From: Bacteriovoracaceae bacterium
GTDB lineage: Bacteria > Bdellovibrionota > Bacteriovoracia > Bacteriovoracales > Bacteriovoracaceae
Length of the DNA stretch: 64,000 bases
NCBI GenBank assembly: GCA_048267265.1
Contig: JBLWXW010000020.1
Location: forward strand, 1,613 to 65,612
Direction of reading: 5' to 3'
Shown here: positions 47,137 through 56,664 of the stretch, in pieces
How positions within the stretch are numbered: the first letter of the stretch is position 1
Layout of the letters: every line of letters begins with the position of its first letter
Translations under genes and position numbers: made by a program
The notes under the pieces: model-generated
Told to the model about the DNA's origin: nothing
The model's database searches: none
Seen by the model: only the letters and a program-made list of their open reading frames with translations

Positions 47137-47772
47137 TTAAGCGGCCTTCTTTCCAGCACTATTTGTGCTTGAGTCTAGTGGCACACTAAAGTGAACACCA
47201 CCGGCCATTTCGACTTCGCAGCCCTCTTCTGAAAGGTGTAGCTCAACTCCGGCAACTGAAACCTTAAGCTTTCCATCTTCAACGCTAAGTGTGGCCTGCT
47301 TTTCTCCAAGTGTGAAACTCATATTGAAATCCATCTGACCTTGACCAGAGAAAGTCATCTCTCCTGCAGAGCTTGAATCAGATGTTGAGGTTGCACTTGC
47401 CTGAGTGCGGTGACCTTCCATTGATACAACATTATCTGTATCTGACTCAGCATGAGCCTCTTCTTGAAAATCTTCTTCTTGAAAGTCATCTTCTTGAAAA
47501 TCTTCTTGGGAAGCTTCCAATTCAGGAGTCTCTTCAAAGTCTTCACTCGCCTCAACTTCAGTCTCGGCTTCATGAGTCATATCTTCTTCTGACGCGGCTT
47601 CTATAGTCTCAGGTTCTTCAGCTTGGACAATGTCCGTTTCAGCTTGAGCCGAAGATTCCTCTGACGCTTCTTGTTCTACGAATTCTTTCTCTAAACTTTC
47701 AATTTCATTCATAATGTCTTGAAGCTCAGCATCATTAAAATTCTGTTCTAGTGTATTGTCGTTATCTGACAT
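47137..47772 (-). CDS. highly acidic hypothetical protein with (E/D)DFQE repeats
   Basis: 211 aa. The N-terminal two-thirds is E/D-rich and the C-terminal ~70 aa is beta-rich. 16 nt upstream of rsmD on the same strand. Confidence 0.55.
   Translation of the reverse strand: MSDNDNTLEQNFNDAELQDIMNEIESLEKEFVEQEASEESSAQAETDIVQAEEPETIEAASEEDMTHEAETEVEASEDFEETPELEASQEDFQEDDFQEEDFQEEAHAESDTDNVVSMEGHRTQASATSTSDSSSAGEMTFSGQGQMDFNMSFTLGEKQATLSVEDGKLKVSVAGVELHLSEEGCEVEMAGGVHFSVPLDSSTNSAGKKAA
47458..47502. repeat. three tandem 15-nt coding repeats
   Basis: ctcttcttgaaaatc / ttcttcttgaaagtc / atcttcttgaaaatc, encoding the EDFQE-type repeat on the minus strand. Confidence 0.85.
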
Positions 47773-48100
47773 ATATTCCTCCGGCCTTCTTAAAACAAGT
47801 GCCTGTAATTACACTCTATTTCTCTTATCGGTAGCCTTAGAATTACACTTTAGCCCTGATTAATTACATTTTTAGACATTGGAGGAACTTTCTTTTTAAC
47901 AGAGTAAAACGCTTTATAGAAAAGTATTTTTATTTATGTCATTTTTTTGTCCCGCGACTCTATCCTTACATTTCGGATGTCATTGTTTTTCCTTCATTCT
48001 TCGATGACAAGTCATTGAAAAGTAAGGTAAATTTCCTGACCACAAAAAACAACGTAAATATGGCTTATTTTGAAAGATCAAAGATATTGGGAGCTTAGGG

Positions 48101-51055
48101 TTGAGTAACAGAATGTTTACTGCCAATTCCTGGCTCCATTCAAATTTAAAAGGCCCGAGTGCAATTGATGATAAGGCTTCATCGAACAAAGATTCTTACA
48201 ATGTCCACCTAAAGACTCAAGAATCTGCAGCACTCAAGCATGCTCAGCTGCCGCCACTACCCCACGCTCATGAACTAGAGAGTGTGCAGGAAGATTCATT
48301 TCTTCCCAAGAAATACTTTATTCCAGGTTGGTCTGGTGGCTCACTTTTCTCACGACCAGCAGTGGCCATTAAAAAACTTCAAGAAGAACTCTGGAAGGAT
48401 GCCCTTCACACATTTAAATCTTCTTCTAGTTTTCCAAAAACAATGTCCACTGCGATTCATGCTGAGTTCAAGAGTACTGAGCGCTACTCACTCATACCTG
48501 CAGATACAGCGAAAGATTCTATGGAATCCCTTAAGGAAAAGATTGTGGCCCTTAATGACTACAATCTTTTCTGGAGTGAAGTTAAGAATCCTCAGTCAGC
48601 TTATGCTCCGATTCTTAAATTATTTCTAGAACTCTATAGCTTTAAAGTGGCCACTATTTATTTACTTAAGCTTAAGTTTCTTGTTTCTTTTTCAGAGGCC
48701 TCAGGTTTCTCCTATACGCTTAACCATATTGTTAATCCAAGTACGTTTATCAATCACCTTTTCACCAAAGGAAGCTCACAAGAGATCAACTGTGAGTCTT
48801 TAAAGATGAACCAATACTCTTGGTATAGACCCTCTGGAAAAATTGCTCAGCAGCTCGAAGAGCTCTCCAGAAGCTTCAGTGAAGTATCAACAACTCAACT
48901 TATGAAACTTTGTTCTTATAGAGATATTAAGAATTCAAGCTCATCACTGAACTTTACAACGAAAAATTATAGCCATGCCCTTTCCCATGCAAGTTTTGGG
49001 AAATTCATAAATCAACTTCTGGTTTTCTTTCCTCTTTGGAATCAACAAGAGAAATTCAAATATCCAGAAGGAAGACAGATCCTCAAACCAGAAGTGCTAA
49101 ACACTAAGTTTGTAGGGGATCATATTGAGTCACTTGGTCAGGGTCACTGGTTGGCCCAAGAGCAAAATCTAAACCTAGACTGGTCTGAAATTCTTTGCCC
49201 TGACTTTTCTACTGGCCATAATGAAAAAGATTGCTTTATTAAGACATCACAAGAGCTTCAGTTCTTAAACTTCTTAGTTACCTACTCTAAAGATCGTGGT
49301 GTTTCCACAAGAGAGTTTGTATTACAGGTTACAAGAGAGAAGAATAATCGCTCTAAGGCCAATATGTCGGCCCAGATTAGTCTCTTTACAACTTCTGAAC
49401 AGCAAAGAGATTTACTCTACGATCGCGTTGTGTTGAATCTTGGACACCTTCCAAAGAAGAATCCACACCACTTCCTCTTGAGTAAGATCCAAGATCAAAA
49501 AGATTCATTAGCTACGGAAGGACAACTTCTTGTACTAACCAATCAAAAAATCTTTGTTCCTAGTCAGAGTAAGAAAGTCATTGCTCTTCTTAAGGATTTT
49601 AAGATTGAGGCCATTTTTAATTTTGAAAAGCTTAAAGGGCGTGGAGAAGTTTCTAATTACGTCTATATCCTCAAAAAGAGAAACCCATTTGCTCGCAATA
49701 ATGATTTCCTCAATATGGACCCAAGCTCTCTTGTCGCTTCACAGAAAGTTGACCAAGAGTCTTGCTTCTCTTTTCGCTGGCATGGTGAGCTTACTCTCTT
49801 TTCTAAGTTTGAAAATCTTGTCGAAGAGCTCTTTAGCTTCTTTTCGGAAAGATCATCTTCAAGCACTTCAATTTATCAAAGAGGACTTGGTCATGAACTC
49901 TCTTTTGAATTCCACCAAGATGCCATTATTGATGGAAAACTCCTCAGTAGCCTTAGTGAAGATAATGAGAATATTACCCACCCTCAGTTCTTTAAGAATC
50001 TAACCCTAAGCTGCTCTCCTTTTGATGCCTTCTTTGCTATTCAAGAGCTTCAAGATAATCGTGGAAGAAAGTCGACTAAGGACTTCCTTGGAATTTCTCA
50101 GTCTACTTTTGAGCAAACTTACAGCAGTGTGCTTATTATCGATCTAAGAAATCCTGTACGTCCACAGATCGAAATCACTTCACCAGAGAGCTATCTGGCC
50201 AAACGTGAAGAATATGGAAATGCATATTTTCAATACTACGGACTCTCCCCAAAGGTTAAAAACCTAAACCTTAATCTAGTGAGAGAGTTCTTAGAAACAG
50301 ATCTTGGAAGACAAGTTACACAAATCTGTCTAAGCGGCGGACCTAGTAAAATGAAGGGTAAGCTTAAATCTCTTCTTCTTCCAAACTTCTTTATGGACGG
50401 ACAAGATCTCTCAACTCTTAATCCAGAAAAATATTGGTTCTTCAATATTAGTGAAGAGGAAATACTCAATATCCACCCCGAACAACTTGAGCAACGAATT
50501 CTTCAAGAGTTCTCTAGAATTGACTACTTAAAAGATCAGCAAATCTGGCTCTACCTAAGTCTAGTTGGCCACCTTAAACTGACCCTAAGATCTGCTCTTG
50601 AGAAAATAAATGATGGCGGTCACAAGGACCTCAACTTCACAAATCCTCTTCTTATTGAAGCACTCTCTCAACTTAAGACAGAGACGATCTACCCAAATAA
50701 CGAAGTTTATACTGAACTTCTGATCGACCACAAAGATGAGCTTGAGTGTCCACTGGCCAATATGAAAATGGTAGAAAATGAAGATGACTGCACACTTGAG
50801 CTCTACAGTCCTTCTAAGCTTCTTATTAAATTTCATGCCGAAAGCGAAACTCTGCACTTTATTCAATTCATTCTCTCTCAAGCTTCTGGTCACCCCCTTC
50901 TTATGATTCTTCAGAATCTTGAGATTCCAAAGCATGATGAGCTGAAGTCAGTTCTCACTCAATATAATCAAGTGAAGTCTGCTCTTCACTTTGCTTATCA
51001 AGACACTCACCAAAGAATTGCACGCGCATTCAGTAAGCAAATCGCTCAAGTATAA
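48101..51055 (+). CDS. 984-aa cytoplasmic protein of unknown function; layout resembles a degenerate gamma-class N6-adenine methyltransferase / type IIG-like enzyme
   Basis: No signal peptide or TM segment. EILCPDFSTGH (aa 363-373) aligns to motif I (I/V)LDPACGSGH. YDRVVLNLGH (aa 440-449) aligns to FDxV(I/V)GNPPY. GQLLVLTNQKIFVPSQSKKVIALLKDFKIEAIFNFEKL...YVYILKKR follows at the expected spacing. By-eye alignment only. TTG start (alternative ATG at 48113). Confidence 0.6.
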   Translation: MSNRMFTANSWLHSNLKGPSAIDDKASSNKDSYNVHLKTQESAALKHAQLPPLPHAHELESVQEDSFLPKKYFIPGWSGGSLFSRPAVAIKKLQEELWKDALHTFKSSSSFPKTMSTAIHAEFKSTERYSLIPADTAKDSMESLKEKIVALNDYNLFWSEVKNPQSAYAPILKLFLELYSFKVATIYLLKLKFLVSFSEASGFSYTLNHIVNPSTFINHLFTKGSSQEINCESLKMNQYSWYRPSGKIAQQLEELSRSFSEVSTTQLMKLCSYRDIKNSSSSLNFTTKNYSHALSHASFGKFINQLLVFFPLWNQQEKFKYPEGRQILKPEVLNTKFVGDHIESLGQGHWLAQEQNLNLDWSEILCPDFSTGHNEKDCFIKTSQELQFLNFLVTYSKDRGVSTREFVLQVTREKNNRSKANMSAQISLFTTSEQQRDLLYDRVVLNLGHLPKKNPHHFLLSKIQDQKDSLATEGQLLVLTNQKIFVPSQSKKVIALLKDFKIEAIFNFEKLKGRGEVSNYVYILKKRNPFARNNDFLNMDPSSLVASQKVDQESCFSFRWHGELTLFSKFENLVEELFSFFSERSSSSTSIYQRGLGHELSFEFHQDAIIDGKLLSSLSEDNENITHPQFFKNLTLSCSPFDAFFAIQELQDNRGRKSTKDFLGISQSTFEQTYSSVLIIDLRNPVRPQIEITSPESYLAKREEYGNAYFQYYGLSPKVKNLNLNLVREFLETDLGRQVTQICLSGGPSKMKGKLKSLLLPNFFMDGQDLSTLNPEKYWFFNISEEEILNIHPEQLEQRILQEFSRIDYLKDQQIWLYLSLVGHLKLTLRSALEKINDGGHKDLNFTNPLLIEALSQLKTETIYPNNEVYTELLIDHKDELECPLANMKMVENEDDCTLELYSPSKLLIKFHAESETLHFIQFILSQASGHPLLMILQNLEIPKHDELKSVLTQYNQVKSALHFAYQDTHQRIARAFSKQIAQV

Positions 51056-51157
51056 ACTTTAATCTATTAGAAAATCTCCCCTTTAATCCATTTTCTGAGT
51101 AAGATAGTCTTATACCTTTTTCAAAAAAGGGATTTAGAACTTATACAGTTGGAGTGT

Positions 51158-52822
51158 ATGAATAAGCTTGATAAGGTTTGGGAACTTCACAAATCGATCT
51201 ACCGTCATTTAAAGAAAAAGGCGAAGTCGCTAGAGGGAGAAGTATCTAAAGAGCTTATTCAGTACGAGAAGAACCAGCGCAAATTTGCTTCTAGAGATTT
51301 TCAACAATCTTCTATGGAAGAGCTCTTTGGAAGAATCAACGATAGTCATGTGGTCTATCTTGGTGACTTTCACAGCTTCGATCAAAACTCCAGAAACCTA
51401 GAGCGACTCATTAGAAATTTAATAAAACAAAAAGAGGCCTTCTCTCTTGGTGTTGAGTTTGTTGATCAAAAGTATCAACAGGCCATCGATGACTACCTGG
51501 CCAGACATATTACAGAGATCGAGTTTCTTGAGGAAATTCAATACCACGAGTCTTGGCGCTTCCCATGGGTTTACTATAGGCCCTTCTTTCAAATGGCCAG
51601 AGAGAATAATGTGTCTGTTCTAGCACTCAATACTGAAGGTGGACTTAAAGAGAGAGATCAAAAGGCCGCCGATCAAATCGAGACATTTTTTCAAAAGAGT
51701 CCGGACTCACGACTTCTGGTCCTCTTCGGCGAGCTTCATATTGTCCCGAATAAGCTGCCTCAGATGGTGTCTAAGAAGCTCAACTCCCTCATTGAGGGAT
51801 ATCAGCAGGTTATCATTCATCAAAACTTAGATGAAGTGTATTGGAAGCTCAATGAGATTAATATTGAAAAACACAATCAGATAATCTCCTTCAAAGAAGA
51901 CGAATTTGCACTTCTCTCGGCTCCGCCATGGATTAAATATGAAAGTATGATCTATTGGTATGAGAATCTTGCAGATACACCGGAGCTGGAAATAAATGAT
52001 TACCTCTTCAACGAAGGTGTTCTCTACTTAAACTCCAACGTACCTGAAAATTTTCTCTTCCTTTGCGAGAAGATTAGAGAAACTCTTGAACTCGAAGATA
52101 AAATCGCAATTGAAGATCTTGAAGACTTCAATCTCTATGAGCACCAAAAACTGGAGATTGTAACGGAGAGAATTAGTTCTCTACCGAAGCGCTCCCTATC
52201 TTCATTCTTTGAGCGTCTTGTAGCAGAAGGTCGAGTTTTTAGAATCCCCTTGAGTTCAAGCTACTACTGCTCATCTTACTCAATAAATCGAATGGGTCAG
52301 CTGGCCGGTGTTCATCTTGAACACCTTATTCATCAAAAGCTAGGTTTTAATGATGAGAAGTTATGGCTTCATTCAAAGAACTCCGAAAAGTATATTGGAA
52401 TTATTAAAACCAATGCGATTGGCTTTCTGTCCTCTAAGATCATCAACCCCTACAGAAAGTGTGATCTCTATGGTGACTTTCTGGAGCAATATCAAAGTAT
52501 TCAAGGATCAGAACTTAAGGATATCCATAAACTATCTATTCTGCGCCTTATTTTAGACACAGTTGAATCTTCACCAGAAGTTCCTCTCAAAGATATTGTT
52601 AAAAATAATAAACTCTTCACTCTGCATGAAGCAGCTAGAAAAGTTGGTTTTTACTGGGGTGAGATTATTTACGAAGAGTTTTTAATGAAAGGCAATAAGT
52701 TATTTAATCATGTTATGGACTATTTATTTTCGGCGTCACTTGATGAAGAAGAATTCAAAAAAGTTTTGAGGCAAATTCTCCCGAGGGAAATTTACCCCAA
52801 ACATAAGAAAAGATATTTCTAA
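51158..52822 (+). CDS. ChaN/Tiki-superfamily domain protein with about 330-aa unknown C-terminal extension
   Basis: VVYLGDFHSFDQNSRNLERLI ... LGVEFVDQKYQQAIDDYL ... WRFPWVYYRPFFQMAREN ... LLVLFGELHIVPNKLP follows the order of ChaN (haem-binding uptake/Tiki) motifs. ATG at 51158 preferred to TTG at 51149. Confidence 0.55.
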   Translation: MNKLDKVWELHKSIYRHLKKKAKSLEGEVSKELIQYEKNQRKFASRDFQQSSMEELFGRINDSHVVYLGDFHSFDQNSRNLERLIRNLIKQKEAFSLGVEFVDQKYQQAIDDYLARHITEIEFLEEIQYHESWRFPWVYYRPFFQMARENNVSVLALNTEGGLKERDQKAADQIETFFQKSPDSRLLVLFGELHIVPNKLPQMVSKKLNSLIEGYQQVIIHQNLDEVYWKLNEINIEKHNQIISFKEDEFALLSAPPWIKYESMIYWYENLADTPELEINDYLFNEGVLYLNSNVPENFLFLCEKIRETLELEDKIAIEDLEDFNLYEHQKLEIVTERISSLPKRSLSSFFERLVAEGRVFRIPLSSSYYCSSYSINRMGQLAGVHLEHLIHQKLGFNDEKLWLHSKNSEKYIGIIKTNAIGFLSSKIINPYRKCDLYGDFLEQYQSIQGSELKDIHKLSILRLILDTVESSPEVPLKDIVKNNKLFTLHEAARKVGFYWGEIIYEEFLMKGNKLFNHVMDYLFSASLDEEEFKKVLRQILPREIYPKHKKRYF

Positions 52823-54312
52823 GAATTCATTCTTTCAAGAATTTGCTTCTTTGTTCCCTTCTCCACTCTTGTAACTTTCTTACTCTTTGCTCTTTCTTTA
52901 GACTTATTACGAGTTTTCTTATTTCTATCTTCTACTGCAGTTAGAATCACTTGAACTTTACGCCCTACATGTTGTCCATCTTCATTTCCAACATTATCAA
53001 ATGACACCTTCGCGCCCATATCATCAATAAGACTTTGAGCAATAGCAAGATCTGTATGCTCTAAAATTCCAGTAGAAAGACCTTTTGATTGTCTTAAAAA
53101 TTCTTTTGAAAATTTTCTTCCAGAATCAAAAACATCTAAGAACACTGTTGACCCAAGCTTTCTAACATTTACGCTTAAGTATTTCTTAGGATCATCAAAG
53201 TCATAATTCTCAATGGCGTTAGTAAGTAAGTGATAAATCACTTGATCTAGTGCTTCTTCTTCTGCATATACTTTCACTTCTTCTGATTTAATATCTAGAT
53301 TAATTCCCATTGTGAAAACTTTTGAAGACAGAATGTCTACAACAGAGGCGATACGATCCTCAAGTTCAACCTCTTCACCAGCATGCCTAGGTCTTAGCAT
53401 ATCTGGTGCCTCAACTTCCTCAAGGGCTTCGCTCTTGTTTGCCTCGACCTTAACCGGAGCTGGTCTGGTCCACATCTCTTCAATTTGTTCAGCACGGGCA
53501 ATATTATTTGATTGCGCCGGAACCTGAGTTCCCGCAGCAGAATCAGTCTTTACTTCAGATTGATTTCTTATCATGGCCACTTCAAAGAGCTGAGCGAGCT
53601 TACTTAGTCCCATGATATTGAGGGCCTTTACAATAAGCGGCTTAACTGTAGTGAGGCTAATTCCATCTTCAGTCAGAAGGCGATCAGACTCTTTGGCAAT
53701 CTCTTCCATTGCTTCTTCATCTGCTCTTCTTCTAAAGTAATCAAGACCTAGAAATAAAGGAACAAAGGCCGCAATGACATAGAAGAAACTACTCATAGTA
53801 CCTTTACGTGCGTTCAAAGCGTTTTGTAGGGAATGAATAGCATCATTGATTTGAATTTTCTTAACTTCTAATTTTTCAAAACGAGTACCAAGAGCACTTA
53901 GCAGAACATTTTCAGGATTACCTTCAAATAGCCCTTCACTCTCTTTCGCTGTTACTTTCTGATGAAACCAATTGGCATCATTGGCCAAAGTATTAAGGTC
54001 ATCCAAGATCACTGTATTATCTAATCCTAGAGTTTCATAAGCACTGATTGTTTCACCCAAACACTCTTCAGTTGTCTGAGTGAATCCATTTGATAGATAC
54101 TCTGAATCAGCGCCTAATAAGCGAGCTGTATATGAATTATGAAGTCGCGTAAAGCAAGTTTGCAATCCTCCCTTTAGAGCAGAGAGCTTTTGTGCTTTTA
54201 TCGAATTATTCTGAATTGCAGCAGATACCATGACCAAACTGGCCAGCCCCACAACTGAGAGTACTTTTGTTTTACCTTGGATCTTATTAAGAAGGCCAAC
54301 CTTCATGGTCAT
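52819..54312 (-). CDS. membrane protein with C-terminal histidine-kinase-like ATPase (HATPase_c) domain, no clear H-box
   Basis: N-terminal signal-anchor, about 140-aa extracytoplasmic region, second TM. IYHLLTNAIEN (N-box), DVFDSGRKF (G1-like) and GLSTGILEHTDLAIAQSLI (G2-like). Lys-rich C-terminal tail. Confidence 0.6.
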   Translation of the reverse strand: MTMKVGLLNKIQGKTKVLSVVGLASLVMVSAAIQNNSIKAQKLSALKGGLQTCFTRLHNSYTARLLGADSEYLSNGFTQTTEECLGETISAYETLGLDNTVILDDLNTLANDANWFHQKVTAKESEGLFEGNPENVLLSALGTRFEKLEVKKIQINDAIHSLQNALNARKGTMSSFFYVIAAFVPLFLGLDYFRRRADEEAMEEIAKESDRLLTEDGISLTTVKPLIVKALNIMGLSKLAQLFEVAMIRNQSEVKTDSAAGTQVPAQSNNIARAEQIEEMWTRPAPVKVEANKSEALEEVEAPDMLRPRHAGEEVELEDRIASVVDILSSKVFTMGINLDIKSEEVKVYAEEEALDQVIYHLLTNAIENYDFDDPKKYLSVNVRKLGSTVFLDVFDSGRKFSKEFLRQSKGLSTGILEHTDLAIAQSLIDDMGAKVSFDNVGNEDGQHVGRKVQVILTAVEDRNKKTRNKSKERAKSKKVTRVEKGTKKQILERMNS

Positions 54313-54493
54313 TCTCCACTAGTTACAGCTTAGATGGTTTTAAGTGAGGGCCTTCATGGCCAAAAAAACCCACTTTAAAATATGTTTACAAGTTGCGCCA
54401 TATTAGTCAAGAAAGGGCAATAATTGACGGGTAAGATATGTTGCACTTTCCCATCAGAAATATGACAAAGTAGAAAAGTCCACCAATTACGGG

Positions 54494-55525
54494 GTGATTT
54501 TTAAATTGCGCTCATGGTATGGTTTATCTGTGGAAAATCATAACCGACTTATCAACGCCAGTATCCTTGCTCTACTCGCCCACTTCATATTTTTCGGGTG
54601 GTTAGTGCTCTTAACTTACGAGTTCAAACTTGGCACTCAACTTCCAGTTGCCCAACGGGCCATTCAAATAGATAAAATAACACAGGCCCAACTCGAAAAA
54701 TATAGAAGGGTTGGCGTCAGAGGAGGCGCTAAAGGCTTCAATATGAAGTCAAAAAGGGGCAACACTGTAAGTAAAGGTAAGAATAATCCTCCAACAGTTC
54801 TCCCCCCTCGCGTAGGTGTAAAAGGCGGAAAGGGCAAGCAAGGTCTCTCACTAAATCAGCTAAGGGCAAAGGTTGATCCTTCCAAGGTAAAAAAGATTCC
54901 AAAGGTTGATGCTCCAACGAAGCCGGCAAATTCTGCCGAGCAAGAAGATGCAAAGCTCACTCCCAAGCAAGAGAAGATACTTATCAAAAAAGAAATTCAG
55001 GCCGCTGAACAAGGAATCCCCTTAACGGCCTTAAGATCATCTCAGGCCGTTAATAACTTTAGACGTCAGCAACAATTTCAATTTGATATGCTTCGAGATA
55101 GTGGTGCTCAATCTCAACAGGCCGAGATACTTAAGAGTACGGGCTTTAATCTTCACTTTGAACCACCAGAAGGTATCCCAGAAGATGAACTCAATACTGC
55201 AGAGAAGATTTTCTATAGCTTCCAAAAGAGAACTTTCATTGGCTATGTAAATTCATTTATGTCCAGCTACAATGCAACCCTTAATCAATACCCTCAAATC
55301 AAAAATGCTCTTCGTAATGAACGTCACCTACTCACGGGGAGAATTACTTTTGATAAAGAAGGTAATATTATGCGAATTAAAATATTAAGAAGTAGCAATA
55401 ATGATGAAGTTCACAAACTCTTTGAAAAGACCCTTCTCAATATCCGCTCCTTGCCAAATCCCCCCAAGGCCATCATTGAAGATAAAGATCAATTCAATAT
55501 CTATTACCAACTTAGAATTAATTAA
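54494..55525 (+). CDS. TonB-like protein (N-terminal anchor, Lys/Pro-rich spacer, TonB_C-like domain)
   Basis: TM LINASILALLAHFIFFGWLVLL. Spacer KGKNNPPTVLPPRVGVKGGKGK...KIPKVDAPTKP. C-terminal YPQIKNALRNERHLLTGRITFDKEGNIMRIKILRSSNNDEVHKLFEKTLL resembles the TonB C-terminal domain. GTG start. Confidence 0.5.
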   Translation: MIFKLRSWYGLSVENHNRLINASILALLAHFIFFGWLVLLTYEFKLGTQLPVAQRAIQIDKITQAQLEKYRRVGVRGGAKGFNMKSKRGNTVSKGKNNPPTVLPPRVGVKGGKGKQGLSLNQLRAKVDPSKVKKIPKVDAPTKPANSAEQEDAKLTPKQEKILIKKEIQAAEQGIPLTALRSSQAVNNFRRQQQFQFDMLRDSGAQSQQAEILKSTGFNLHFEPPEGIPEDELNTAEKIFYSFQKRTFIGYVNSFMSSYNATLNQYPQIKNALRNERHLLTGRITFDKEGNIMRIKILRSSNNDEVHKLFEKTLLNIRSLPNPPKAIIEDKDQFNIYYQLRIN

Positions 55526-56018
55526 GAACGAGAATTAGTAGAACCATTGCCGAGGCCACAAAAAACCCTAGAACAATTTCTCTCGAAGTAAAAAATCCTC
55601 TAAAGAATTCACCAAGAGATGCCTTAAATGTACTGAGTATATTGATGCGCTCAATCTGATTGGGATCATGATTAAAGAGCTTTAGCGCTTCTTTCAATTC
55701 TTCACTTACCATCGGAAGAAGCTCTTTATTTATTTTATAATAAGGAATTGCTTGAGAAATCTTACTTTGAAGTTTTCTATACTCTGTCGCCTTCGCCTGG
55801 CAGCTCGGACAACTAAGAAGATGTTTACTATAGAATGAGTCATCGACTTCATCTTGCTTTTCAAGATAGGCCATAAGATTGCGATTAAAAATACAGTCAC
55901 TCTTATTGAGCCCCTCTAATACTTCATTATAGAGATCTTTATTTTCATCATGATATAGGTAAACGGAATCTTCGAGTTGCGAAGTCTTTTTTCGAAATGA
56001 ATTACGATTAGTGCGCAT
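55518..56018 (-). CDS. anti-sigma factor-like protein (zf-HC2 motif, C-terminal TM)
   Basis: LMAYLEKQDEVDDSFYSKHLLSCPSCQAKATEY matches the HxxxCxxC putative zinc finger of anti-sigma factors. C-terminal TM VLGFFVASAMVLLILVL. ATG at 56018 overlaps the upstream stop by 11 nt. Confidence 0.6.
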   Translation of the reverse strand: MRTNRNSFRKKTSQLEDSVYLYHDENKDLYNEVLEGLNKSDCIFNRNLMAYLEKQDEVDDSFYSKHLLSCPSCQAKATEYRKLQSKISQAIPYYKINKELLPMVSEELKEALKLFNHDPNQIERINILSTFKASLGEFFRGFFTSREIVLGFFVASAMVLLILVLN

Positions 56019-56481
56019 AAGGTCCACCAGTTTGAGATTCACCATGATCAATTAGATCAACAAACTCGGCCCTAGAGCGATGGATAATGGCCAAAACCTC
56101 TTCATAATCTATATTAAGTGCGAAGGCCAGGTCCGAAAAACTTAAGTTCAATTTATCTCTAAGAAATAGACAAGCTCTCTCTTGGAGGCCCATAAGAAAG
56201 AAAGCACTATCCTGAGAATCATGGCCGAATGATTCCAGTTGAGTAGATTCTTTAAAATGCTCTGCTCTTATTACTGATACCGCGTAAATATTTTTGATAA
56301 AGTCTAATTCAAAGAGCTCATCCATCAGAGCTTCTTCATCTGAGTCTTTATTCATCACGGCCATCTTCGTAATGGAGTCAATTAACAATTGAGTCGCCAT
56401 CAGTTCATCTGGTAAGAGAGCGTAGGCAAAAGGGTAATACTTAAGAGCGAGTTTCTCTAAGTTTGATTGATTTATCTTCAC
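56008..56481 (-). CDS. divergent ECF-type sigma-factor-like protein
   Basis: 157 aa. C-terminal LQERACLFLRDKLNLSFSDLAFALNIDYEEVLAIIHRSRAEF looks like sigma-70 region 4 (HTH). The region-2-like N-terminus is weak. Coupled to the anti-sigma-like gene. GTG start. Confidence 0.45.
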   Translation of the reverse strand: MKINQSNLEKLALKYYPFAYALLPDELMATQLLIDSITKMAVMNKDSDEEALMDELFELDFIKNIYAVSVIRAEHFKESTQLESFGHDSQDSAFFLMGLQERACLFLRDKLNLSFSDLAFALNIDYEEVLAIIHRSRAEFVDLIDHGESQTGGPYAH

Positions 56482-56664
56482 CCCTTTATTTTAAGGTGTG
56501 CTTATCGCTAGTGACAACCCTTTATTACTCAATATTTCTGACACATATAGTGAAATATTTAATAATTCCTACCATTTAACATTACCAACCCATAAAGCTC
56601 AAGTAATTCGCAATTCTTCCGATAAGTTACAAGAGAACTATTATTTGACCTAATTTAACAGGTA

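Noticed and set aside
47980-48189. 69-aa minus-strand ORF spanning the start of the 984-aa gene
   Set aside because: It overlaps the 5' end and ribosome-binding region of the much longer plus-strand gene. It has no Shine-Dalgarno and an implausible composition.
48101-51055. An active restriction-modification or BREX-type methyltransferase
   Set aside because: The motif I and motif IV equivalents lack the Gly-rich loop and the NPPY tetrad. There is no nuclease, helicase, PglZ, BrxC or specificity subunit nearby. It is retained only as a degenerate MTase-like scaffold hypothesis.
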